Shown: in pieces, positions 49,400 through 60,989 of the stretch
How positions within the stretch are numbered: position 1 is the stretch's first letter
Layout of the letters: every line of letters starts with the position of its first letter
NCBI GenBank assembly: GCA_038087875.1
Contig: CM075994.1
Location: forward strand, 9,922,001 to 9,986,000
Direction of reading: 5' to 3'
Length of the DNA stretch: 64,000 nt
Source of the DNA: Malacoraja senta
Lineage: Eukaryota
Notes under the pieces: generated by a model
Told to the model about the DNA's origin: nothing
Seen by the model: the letters and a program-made list of their open reading frames with translations, nothing else
The model's database searches: none
Position numbers and translations under genes: made by a program

Positions 49400-52300
49400 A
49401 CTTACATAGATACATAGAAAATAGGTGCAGCAGTAGGCCATTCGGCCCTTCGAGCCTGCACCGCCATTCAATATGATCATGGCTGATCATCCAACTCAGT
49501 ATCCCGTACCTGCCTTCTCTCCATACGCCCTGATCCCCTTAGCCACAAGGGCCACATCTAACTCCCTCTTAAATATAGCCAATGAACTGGCCTCAACTAC
49601 CCTCTGTGGCAGAGAGTTCCAGAGATTCACCACTCTCTGTGAAAAAGTTTTTCCTCATCTCGGTCTTAAAGGATTTCCCCCTATCCTTAAGCTGTGACCC
49701 CTTGTCCTGGACTTCCCCAATATCGGGAACAATCTTCCTGCATCTAGCCTGTCCAACCCCATAAGAAATGTGTACGTTTCTATAAGATCCCCTCTCAATC
49801 TTCTAAATTCTAGCGAGTATAAGCCAAGTCTATCCAGTCTTTCTTCATATGAAAGTCCTGACATCCCAGGAATCAGTCTGGTGAACCTTCTCTGCACTCC
49901 CTCTATGGCTATAATGTCCTTCCTCAGATTTGGAGACCAAAACTGTACGCAATACTCCAGGTGTGGTCTCAGCAAGACCCTGTACAACTGCAGTAGAACC
50001 TCCCTGCTCCTATACTCAAATCCTTTTGCTATGAAAGCTAACATACCATTCGCTTTCTTCACTGCCTGCTGCACCTGCATGCCTACTTTCAATGACTGGT
50101 GTACCATGACACCCAGGTCTCGCTGCATCTCCCCATTTCCTAATCGGCCACCATTTAGATAGTAGTCTGCTTTCCTGTTTTTGCCACCAAAGTGGATAAC
50201 CTCACATTTATCCACATTATACTGCATCTGCCAAACATTTGCCCACTCACCCAGCCTATCCAAGTCACCTTGCAGTCTCCTAGCATCCTCCTCACAGCTA
50301 ACACTGCCCCCCAGCTTAGTGTCATCCGCAAACTTGGAGATGTTGCCTTCAATTCCCTCATCCAGTTAATTAATATAAATTGTAAATAGCTGAGGTCCCA
50401 GCACTGAGCCTTGCGGTGCCCCACTAGTCACTGCCTGCCATTGTGAAAAGGACCCGTTTACTCCTACTCTTTGCTTCCCGTTTGCCAGCCAGTTCTCTAT
50501 CCACATCAATACTGAACCCCCAATACCGTGTGCTTTAAGTTTGTATACTAATCTCTTATGTGGTACCTTGTCGAAAGACTTCTGAAAGTCCAGATACAAC
50601 ACATCCACTGGTTCTCCCCAATCCACTCTACTAGTTTCATCCTCGAAAAATTCTATAAGATTCGTCAGACATGATTTACCTTTCGTAAATCCATGCTGAC
50701 TTTGTCCAATGATTTCACCACTTTCCAAATGTGCTGCTATCCCATCTTTAATAACTGACTCTAGCAGTTTCCCCACTACCGATGTTAGACTAACTGGTCT
50801 GTAATTCCCCGTTTTCTCTCTCCCTCCCTTCTTAAAAAGTGGGGTTACGTTTGCTACCCTCCAATCCTCAGGAACTACTCCAGAATCTAAAGAGTTTTGA
50901 AAAATTATCATTAATGCATCCACTATTTCTGGAGCTACTTCCTTAAGTACTCTGGGATGCAGCCTATCTGGCCCTGGTGATTTATCGGCCTTTAATCCAT
51001 TCAATTTACCCAACACCACTTCCCGACTAACCTGGATTTCACTCAGTTCCTCCATCTCCTGTGACCCGCGGCCCCCTGCTATTTCCGGTAGATTATTTAT
51101 GTCTTCCTTAGTGAAGACGGAACCAAAGTAGTTATTCAATTGGTCCGCCATATCCTTGTTCCCCATGATCAATTCACCTGTTTCTGACTGCAAGGGACCT
51201 ACATTTGTTTTAACTAATCTCTTTCTCTTCACATATCTATAAAAACGTTTGCAGTCAGTTTTTATGTTCCCTGCCAGTTTCCTTTCATAATCTATTTTCC
51301 CTTTCCCAATTAAGCCCTTTGTCCTCCTCTGCTGGTCTCTGAATTTCTTCCAGTCCTCTGGTATGCTGCTTTTTCTGGCTAATTTGTACGCATCATCTTT
51401 TGCTTTGATACTATCCCTGATTTCCCTTGTTATCCACGGATGCACTACCTTCCCTGATTTATTCTTTTGCCAAACTGGGATGAACAATTTTTGTAGTTCA
51501 TCCATGCAGTCTTTAAATGCCTTCCATTGCATATCCACCGTCAACCCTTTTAGAACTAATTGCCAGTCAATCTTGGCCAATTCACGTCTCATACCCTCAA
51601 AGTTACCTTTCTTTAAGTTCAGAACCGTTGTTTCTGAATTAACAATGTCACTCTCCATCCTAATGAAGAACTCAACCATATTATGGTCACTCTTGCCCAA
51701 GGGGGCACGCACAACAAGACTGCTAACTAACCCTTCCTCATTACTCAATACCCAGTCTCGAATAGCCTGCTCTCTCGTTGGTTCCTCTACATGTTGGTTT
51801 AGATAACTATCCCGCATACATTCCAAGAAATCCTCTTCCTCAGCACCCCTGCCAATTTGATTCACCCAATCTATATGTAGATTGAACTCACCCATTATAA
51901 CTGTTTTGCCTTTGTTGCACGCATTTCTAATTTCCTGTTTGATGCCATCCCCAACTTCACTACTACTGCTAGGTGGCCTGTACACAACACCCACCAGCGT
52001 TTTCTGCCCTTTTGTGTTTCGCAGCTCTACCCATTCCGATTCCACATCCTCCAAGCTAATGTCCTTCCTTTCCACTGCGTTAATCTCCTCTCTAACCAGC
52101 AACGCTACCCCACCTCCTTTTCCTTTCTCTCTATCCCTCCTGAATATTGAATATCCCTGGATGTTCAGCTCCCAGCCTTGGTCACCCTGGAGCCATGTCT
52201 CCGTGATCCCAACTATATCATAATCGTTAATTGCTATCTGCACGTTCAACTCATCCACCTTATTACGAATGCTCCTTGCATTGAGACACAAAGCCTTCAG

Positions 52301-52595
52301 GCTTGTTTTTACAACGCTCTTACCCCTTATACAATTATGTTGAAAAGTGGCCCTTTTTGATTTTTGCCCTGGATTTGTCTGCCTGCCACTTTTACTTTTC
52401 ACCTTGCTACCTATTGCTTCCGCCCGCATTTTACACCCCTCTGTTTCTCTGCTCACCCATTTAAGAACCCCACCACCTCTTATTCTCTGTTTATTATTGT
52501 TTTCTTCTTTCCCCCCTACATGTTGGGTCTGAGTGCTTTCCTTCTCTGCCCCCTGCCTCACACACTGTCTAATAGCATTCTCTATTTGAGTCCCT
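49400..52595 (-). mobile_element. CR1 LINE ORF2 (EN+RT), mostly open, with a 5' cap from a different CR1 subfamily
   Basis: ORF 50366..52561 (731 aa) and 49655..50263; (TTTCTATG) tail. Confidence 0.93.
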
Positions 52596-53002
52596 ACTTG
52601 GAACTGACTTTAAATAACACTCAGACACGGGAGTAAAACTAACAAGCTTCTTAATTCCAGGACGCCACCTTGAGTCTCTCCTGCACATGCGTACCATTGC
52701 ACAAGACATCAAATATGTTAATTACATTACATACCTAACACTCCTCCCCCTTTAACTTGCAAGGCACGTAACACCATTTCTATTACATACACAGCACTCC
52801 TCCCCTTTTAACTCAATTTCACCTTCACGGTATATGCTCTTTACCTAACATATAATTGATTAATATCGGTTGTAAAATTGTATTATTACAGTCATCTTAC
52901 AATACATCCTCATAACTGTAATAACCATATCTAAACTTAGCACATACTTTTTTCATTCCACTCATCTTCCTTAAACAAAATACATTATCCCTTGCTTTAT
53001 GT

Positions 53003-53485
53003 GTTATCCTTTTCCGTTCCCTTATGTGTAAATTGCGCACTATTTCGAATCGCTCTATCTCTGCCTGTATCTCTGCCTCTTCCCATTTTTAAATGTCCTA
53101 ATCTAATTTTGCAGATTTTTTCCTGTTCCTGTTCATTATTTGTAGGTGGCAGCTGACAGATGGCTGCATGTTTTCGTTTTGCTAGCGGCTTCCTTTGTCG
53201 CTCAATTTCCTCGCGCTGCGTATTTATCTGCTCTTGCTGTTTAATGAGATTCTGCAATGCATAACCATTTGTCCATTGCTCAGTGAAGGAGGCTCCATAC
53301 TGGACTGTAATGAAGTGTCCTAGTCGCAATCGGTCCTGCAAACTTTTGTCTCGACCGATAAGCCTCTCTTCTTTAGACATTTCTAGTAGCAGCTTTTTAC
53401 TCATTATCACACATTTATTTAACCGTTCTTTGTATCGTTTAAGCCTTTTCTGTTGTTCATCTATTTGTCTTCTTAAGTCACATTT
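53003..53485 (-). pseudogene. Intron-less tousled-like kinase (TLK2/TLK1-like) coiled-coil fragment
   Basis: [31 protein letters not shown]...[13 protein letters not shown]...[35 protein letters not shown]; after a frameshift near 53083, [26 protein letters not shown]. Confidence 0.88.
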
Positions 53486-56400
53486 CTGGTACTTCATCAA
53501 GAAGTAGGATCTATATTGTCTTTGCAATACAACAGTAGCTTTGATTTGTGCTCTGTATAGTTTTCTTGCTTCATAAGCAAGGTAGTGAGACTGCACTACA
53601 ATTGCTGTATAATTCAGTTTGAGGAAGTCTTTCCTATATCTTTTAAGCCTTTTGTATACTTTAAGCCTTTTCTGTTGTGCATCTATTTGTCTTCTTAAGT
53701 CTTTCCTATACCAACTCATACGGAGTACTGACTGCACTTTTATAGTAGCTCTCTTTTGTTTAACCCACTGCCTAACCACCATACCCTTGTAGGCAGCCTG
53801 AATGGTAATGGTTGCATACCCCATTGATTGATATTGCACAAACTGGGAATGCCCTATTTTGCATGCTTTGTACCATCTCTGGATCGAAATGACTGCTTGT
53901 CGCATAGCTCTGTAGCGTACCCTTGATCGTTTACCACGGTATGCAGCTTGCAGAGTGATTACAGCCGCCTTTTGCATCAAGAAATGTTTTCTTGTAATGC
54001 ACATCATTATGAATGACTTAATATGGCATGCTGCCTTGATTTTCTCAACCAATTCTCTGCCTTTAATCCCACGGTAGAAGGCCTGAATACAAACCACTGC
54101 TTTTCTCAAACTATTATTATTATTTTTTTTAAATAATATTTTTATTAGAAGCAGGTACATATCATGTTGAAAACCTTTCATGTATTTCATTTCTACATTA
54201 CTAATATTATCAAACGTTATTCGTGTTGCCTCCAATAGTTTTTTTTATATAGATAGAAAATAAGAAAATAGCAGAAAAAGAAAGAAAAAAGGGATAATAA
54301 AGAAGAATGGAATAACTTACTATAAGTACATCATTGGAGATATATTCGTACATTTTAAAGTATAACTTTTCATCTAATCCTTGGCTCGAGTTTTAGTCAG
54401 GTTCTCGTGTCGAACCAGTCTGACCCTTCAAGTAGTCAATAAATGGAGACCATGTTCTGATAAACAATTCTTGTTTGTCCATTAGGACAAGTCTAATTCT
54501 TTCCAAATGTAAGGTCTCTGACATTTCTATAATCCACATTTTACTTGTGGGGGTTATAGGAACTTTCCAAAATTTTAATATTAAATTTTTTCCAGTTATT
54601 ATACTATAATCAATAAAGTTTCTTTGAGTTGTTGTAAATGTTTGATTTTGTTCTAATATTCCTAGTATTATTAATTTTGAATCAGGATCCAATTGAGTGT
54701 TGACAACTATAAATATTATTCTAAAAATGCCTGCCCAAATTTTTTTAATTTTTATACAATTCGGAAATGTATGAGTTAGATTAGCTTCTAAATGTTGACA
54801 TTTATCACAAATAGGGGAGATGTGTGGGAAGATTCTATTTAGTTTTGTTTTAGAATAATGTAATCTATAGTACTTTGAATTGTATTGGAGAGTATCTGGC
54901 ATTTAATGAACATTGATGTATATGTTGTAAACTTTTTTCCCAAGTATCTTTCGTTATTGTTTGGTTTAGTTCCTTTTCCCATGTTTGCCTATATAAATCC
55001 GTCGATGGTATCTCACTATCTAATAAGGTGTTACATATATGAGAAATTATTTTTTCTGTATTAGGGTGTTTATTCAAACAGTCGTCAAGGATTTCTGGAT
55101 GTCTAGTTCTAAAGTTTTTAGTGTTTGCTTTGACATAATCTCTAAGTTGTAAATATCTGAAAAAATCATTTAAGTGGAGTCCATAAGTCTGTTGTAGCTC
55201 CTGAAATGAAAGAAATGTGCCTTTCTTATAAAGTTGTCCCATCATTTTAATTCCATAATTTTTCCATTGTATGAAACCTTTATCTAACCTAGAAGGTTTA
55301 AATAAAGGGTTATTCACAATGGGAAGAAAGAGTGATAAATTATCCAATTTTAAGGTCTTTTTTAATTGTTTCCAGATTCGCATACCACTGTATATTATAG
55401 GATTTTCCCTGTAAATTTTGTTGTTCAATTTTGAGGTAGCAGTATCTAACCAATTTCAAAGGGTAAACAGTCTTCCTTTTTCCATTTTTAACCAATCCGG
55501 TTGCTGATCTATTTCTTCCAACCAAAAGTTCATATTTTTAATGTTAACTGCACAAAAATAAAACAAAGAATTAGGTAAAACTAAACCTCCATTTATTTTT
55601 GATTTGCACAGATGTTTTTTGCTTTTCCTATGATTCTTATAATCCCAGATAAAATCAGTGATAATGGAATCCAACTTTTTCAAGAAGTTTTTTGGCAAAT
55701 ATATCGGAATTGTTTGAAAAAGGTATAATATTTGCGGTAAAAAAATCATTTTTATGGCATTAATTTTACCAAACATTGAAATAGGAAGTGTTTTCCAGTA
55801 CTGAATATTCTTATGTAGTTTATTCAGTAAAGGGGGGAAATTTTATTTAAATAATGCTGCATATGTCTTAGTGACATAAATTCCTAGATATTTAAATTTT
55901 TCATTAACTATTTTAAATGGGAATTGTTGTAATATATGTGTATTATGTTCCGTTATTGGCATAATTTCACTTTTATTCCAATTAATTCTGTATCCGGAAA
56001 GTAAACCAAATTGAGTTATTAAATTTAATACATTTGGAATACTAATTTCTGGTTTTGTGATGTAAATTAATACATCATCTGCGTATAAAGTAATTTTATT
56101 CACTGTGTCTTTAGTATTATACCCGTATATTTCCGGGTGGGTCCTAACTCTTTCAGCAAGTGGCTCAATAGCGAGTACAAATAATAATGGAGATAGCGGG
56201 CATCCTTGTCTACAACCTCTAGATAAATTCAATTTAGATGATAACATTTGATTTGTTAATATTCTAGCTGTTGGGTTAGTATAAAAAGTTTTACCCATGT
56301 ACAGAACTTCTCACCCAATTGCAATTTTTCCATCACCGAAAATATATAGGGCCATTCAACCTAATCAAATGCTTTCTCAGCATCTAGTGAGATTATTGCT

Positions 56401-57230
56401 AGGTCTTCGTTAGTGATTCTCTTTGAATATATTATATTAAATAATCGTCTCAAATTATAATATGAATACCGTTTCTGAATAAAGCCTGTTTGGTCAGGGT
56501 GTATTAATTTATTCATCACTGTACTTAATCTGTGTGCTAGGAGTTTAGTTCATATTTTCTGATCTGTATTTAAAAGAGCAATTGCTCTGTATGATCCTGG
56601 ATCTTCGGGATCCTTATCCGCCTTTGGTATAAGTGTTATTATAGATTAGTTTAAAGTTTCTGGCGATTTCTGTTGAATATAAGTGTACTCATACAGTGTT
56701 TGTAAACGTGGGGAGACCAAATCGTAATTTTTAAAATAAAATTCAGAACCTAAAGAAGTAGAAGGCCTGAATACAAACCACTGCTTTTCTCAAACTATTA
56801 TAATGTCGCACTTGGACATCTCTTATCTGGCAAGCTCTGTATCGTTGCTGTACCGCAATGGCAGACCAGCTTAGTTTCTTGAAATAATGACGCAGTTTAT
56901 GCATCTGATAATAAGTCTGTATGACCTTGGCAGAATGCAATTGCTTTCGAACACCCATTCCTCGGTAGGCAGCCTGAAGCAGTACAACACTGCTGCGTAC
57001 CTTCATGTAAGTCTTGCGATCATTTTCCATTTGAAGATGTGCCCTATAATGGGTTTGTACTATTATAGCTGCCAATCTCATTGCCCTGTATGGACGGTAT
57101 ACTCTGTGCATTCTAAATGCTGCTTGTATTACCGTTGATGCCTTCTGTTTGTTCCGGAACTCTCTCCGTACCTTCATACTCCTGAATGCAGCTTGAATAG
57201 TTAGGGTTGCCCTCTGGATGATAATTTCCC
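53486..57230 (-). pseudogene. ASPM-like IQ-repeat fragment, split by L1 (pieces 53486-54117 and 56758-57230)
   Basis: Dense IQ motifs (IQAAFR, LQAAYRG, IQRWYKA, VQQRYRA, IQAFYRG) with ASPM-like spacing. Confidence 0.75.
54118..56757 (-). mobile_element. 5'-truncated L1 (RT and C-terminus) with a 44-bp TSD
   Basis: RGCRQGCPLSPLLF, LYADD, SGYRINWNKS; exact repeat gtagaaggcc...aaactattat at 54074-54117 and 56758-56801. Confidence 0.92.
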
Positions 57231-57231
57231 T

Positions 57232-57510
57232 TTGCACTTGACTTTTGTCCACTTGACTTTTGTCCCTTTACACTTGACTTTTGTCCTCTTGACTTTTGTC
57301 CCTTTGCACTTGACTTTTGTCCACTTGCCTTTTGTCCACTTGACTTTTGCCAACTTCACTTTTGTCCACTTGACTTTTGTCCACTTGACTTCTGTCCCTT
57401 TGCACTTGACCTTTGTCCACTTGACTTTTGTCCACTTGCCTTTTGTCCCTATGCCCTTGACCTTTTTCCACTTGCCTTTTGTCCCTTTGCACTAGACTTT
57501 TGTCCTTTGA
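57232..57510. repeat. Coding tandem repeat (15/21-bp units; DKSQV, QRDKSQV)
   Basis: (ttgacttttgtccac)n with interspersed ctttgcac. Confidence 0.9.
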
Positions 57511-57989
57511 GGGACTCTCTGCCCTCTTTAGTTCAGGCTCCTTGCCTCTGGATGCCCTTGGAGGTTTTGGCGAGAAATGAGCCATTAATGCCTCCTTACA
57601 CTCCTCGTACGTTTTATCCGTGGGCTTTGCTGGCCGCAGCAACGTACATAAGGTGTGATAACCCTCTATTCCTGAGCCTAATATGAACCATGCTCTCTTC
57701 TTCTCCTCTGCAGTGATGTCATTGGAAGTGAATGAAGCCTCCAAGACTTCAGTCCATTTCTCAAAATTACACCCAGTATCTAACTGGCAACTTTCCTACA
57801 ATTTGAAAAGCCATGTTACCCTGTTGCTATTCAGGTGCACTATCTTCTGTTCTCTCACTGTGTTTTCTGCCCTGGACGTAATCCTTTTACATTATAAGAA
57901 ATTATCCAGCCCACTGACAATTACTAATTCTTATAATAATAGATGTATTCGAATAAACCAACATTTCATGTTTATAGCCAACTAGTACA

Positions 57990-59880
57990 TTTTATTATTT
58001 TTGTTTAATCTTTATTTTATTAGAAGCAATTGTACAAGAATAAAGCAATCGGCATAACAATTATACAATTTTCGTAGCTTCATTTTTAACATTTTATAAA
58101 TTGATACATGAAACGGAAAAAAAAAGTAAAAAGAAAAGAAGGAAGAAAAAGAAGAAAGATACAAAAAAGAGAGAAGAAAAGACCCCTGAACTGCCAAAGA
58201 AGTGCGAGAAGAGAAAAAAAAAGTGAAAAAAAGAAGGAAAAAAAGGAGATATGTCCCACTATCCTTCCCTTCCCTGCTCAACCATCCCAAGCATCGGTTT
58301 TTAATTTGTGTTCAACCATTCCATTGTTGAAGAAATTCAGTAATCAAGGAGACCATATTTTGGAGAATTGGTCTGATTTATCAGCCAAAACAAGCCTAAT
58401 TTTTTCTAAATGTAGTGACTCGGTCATTTCAGTGTTCCACATCTTCACTGTGGGAACTGTTATCTTTTTCCAGAATTTGAATATAAGTTTTTCGCAGTTA
58501 TTAAGCCGTAGTCAAGGAAACGTCTTTGGAATGTCGTTAACCTGGAACAGCCCTCTGACATTCCTAAAATTATTAGTTTTGTATCTGACTCCAGTTGAAT
58601 TTTAAGAGTTTTAGAGATGATATCGAATATTCCCATCCAGAAATTTTGTATTTTTATACAGGATGCGAAGGAATGGGTAAAGGTAGCTTCTTGGAGGTGA
58701 CATTTATCACAGATAGAGGAGACAGTTGGGAAGATCTTATTCAATTTAGTCTTTGAATAGTATAGCCTGTGCAATATTTTGAATTGTATCAGGCAATGCC
58801 TGACATTTAAAGAACAGTAATGTATGTAAAGTAGGCTTTCCTCCCATATATCTTTTGAAATAGATAAACCCAACTCATCTTCCCAAGCTCACCTATACAT
58901 CTCAGAAGGTGGGGTATCAACATTTAAAAGAGTGTTATAAATGTAAGATATCAACTTACTTGTATCGGCATGTCTATTCAGACAATCATCTAATATATCT
59001 GGACCCATAAAAGGACAATCTTGTGTGTATGTTTTCACATAATCTCGGATTTGAAGGTATCTAAAAAGATCGTTTGCTTTCAAATGATATTTCTCCTGTA
59101 GTTCTTGAAAAGAAAAGAGAGTCCCCTTCTTATAGAGGTCTCCCACAGTATTAATTCCTAGGTTTTTCCATTGAACAAACACCCTATCTAAAGTAGGTTT
59201 AAACGAGGGATTGTTAGCAATAGGCAGGAGAGACAAATTTCTCAGTTTAAGACTTAATTTCAGCTGTTTCCAGATACGCAGGGTACTGTGTATTATTGGA
59301 TTTTGCTCATACGTTGACTTATTCAGATGTATTGGAGATAGAAGAATCGAGCCTATGTTAAAAGGCAAACAATCTTCCCTCTCCATTTTTAACCAATTTA
59401 CCTGTTGACATGTATCGTCCAACCAGGAGATTATATTTTTAATGTTAGTCGCCCAGTAGTAGAAAAGAAAGTTTGGAAGAGCTAATCCTCCGTTTTCTTT
59501 GGATTTGCACAAATGTCTTTTATGTATTCTATGGGTTTTGTAGTCCCAAATAAAGTTAGTGATAGTAGAATCAATTTTTTTTAAAAAGTTTTGGGGAGAT
59601 ATATTGATTGAAATAAATATAGGAGTTGCAGAAGGAAGATATCTTTATGGCATTTACTCTACCTATAAGGGAAATAGGAAGTGTTTTCCAAAATTGAATG
59701 TTGGCATATAGTTTAGTAATTAATGGTGGGAAATTTGTTTTAAATAGAGAGAGTGTTTTCTAGTCACGCAAACTCCGAGATATCTAAACTTTCCGGCAAC
59801 AATTCTGAAGGGAAATTTTTGGAATTGAGAAGGGTCTTGAACTTTTATTGGCATAATTTCACTTTTAATCCAATCTATAT
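57990..59880 (-). mobile_element. L1 3' part (degraded)
   Basis: ORFs 58889..59512 (GGLALPNF, FRYLQIRDY) and 58460..58873 (QFKILHRLY, CDKC..H...C). Confidence 0.9.
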
Positions 59881-59889
59881 TACTAAAAC

Positions 59890-60985
59890 TAAGAACTTGA
59901 CCACTTTCTGACTTCCTGTTTCGTGGTTTCCGAAAGAATGCCGCCACTTACGGCCGTCATTTTTTGGCCACCTCGCTCAAGAGCACCCCTCCGCCGGACT
60001 GGACCAGAGGATTTTTCCCATCGATGAAAAATCAGAGGGTTATTAATGTTTTTTTTAAATGTCGCCATTCTCTATGTGCCCCCCACTGGCGGCAGTGGGG
60101 AGGGACTATAAAACCCGGAATTGTCGTGCCTCACTCAGTCTCTGTTAGATGGAGGAAGCGAGAGGATCACGGCTCTCTGAGCTGCAAATAACACTGAACG
60201 CACGTCTACTCGACGGTGAGTCCCCTCGATGTGCTTGTAAAGTGTTTGCCAAATTGTTTGTCTTGGCTTTTAAACGTTAGAATCATTCGGTTTACACACT
60301 GTATGTTTACCACGTTCTGATGTTACTTGGCATTTTAGTATTGGTTGTGAGTGTGTGTGAGTGTGTGTGTGTGTGTGTGTGTTTGCAGAAAATGTATTGG
60401 TTGTAAAGTGTTTGACAAATTGCCTTGGCTTTTAAAAGGCTTTCAGAAAATGGATTGGTTGTGAAGTGTTTGCCAAATTGTCTGTCTTGGTTTTTTAAAT
60501 CGTTTTCGGATGGATAAAGCTTGAATAAACATTATATTAGATCAGGACTGTGTGTAATTGCAAAATTGGCGCTCATTCCGTGACTTCCGCCGCTCGGCGG
60601 GTTTTAACGGGCTCGCTAAGCTGGAACCAATGGTAAGTGCTTACCTGCAGTTCATCGGGTGTGCTCCAGTTGGCGTAGCATAGCAACAGTATGGGTCACG
60701 GGTCGTGACCCGACTGCCGTGCATCCTCCCTGTGTGTGTGCGCGCGCGCGCGTGCGTGCGTTTGCGTTTGCGTTTGCCTTGCTTTTAAAAAGTTTTCAGA
60801 AAATGGATTGGTTGTAAAGTGTTTGCCAAATTTCCTGTCTTGGTTTTTTTAATCGTTTTCGGATGGATAAAGTGTGAATAAACATTTTATTAGATCAGGC
60901 CTGTGTTTAATTGCAAAATTGGCCTCATTCCGTGACTTCCGCCGTTCGGCGGGTTTTAACGGGCTCGCTACGCTGGAAACAATGG
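59890..60985. mobile_element. Probable non-autonomous DNA transposon with internal ~200-bp direct repeat
   Basis: 60432-60633 is repeated at 60784-60985; 60640-60730 matches the THAP-element terminus at 42358-42448. Confidence 0.5.
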
Positions 60986-60989
60986 GGTT

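Larger units (their letters stand above)
52600..57815 (-). mobile_element. Gypsy-type LTR retroelement relic carrying transduced ASPM-like and TLK-like sequence
   Basis: Gag N-terminus at 57814-57560; PPT aaa(a/g)ggggaggag followed by TG at 52809-52796 and 52753-52740; host-derived coding sequence between them; no pol. Confidence 0.7.

Noticed and set aside
52997..57252. Functional ASPM or TLK gene exons
   Set aside because: No splice structure, fusion of unrelated genes, an L1 insertion, a frameshift and LTR-element context; the N-terminal ~40 aa of ORF 52997..54235 come from the L1 tail.
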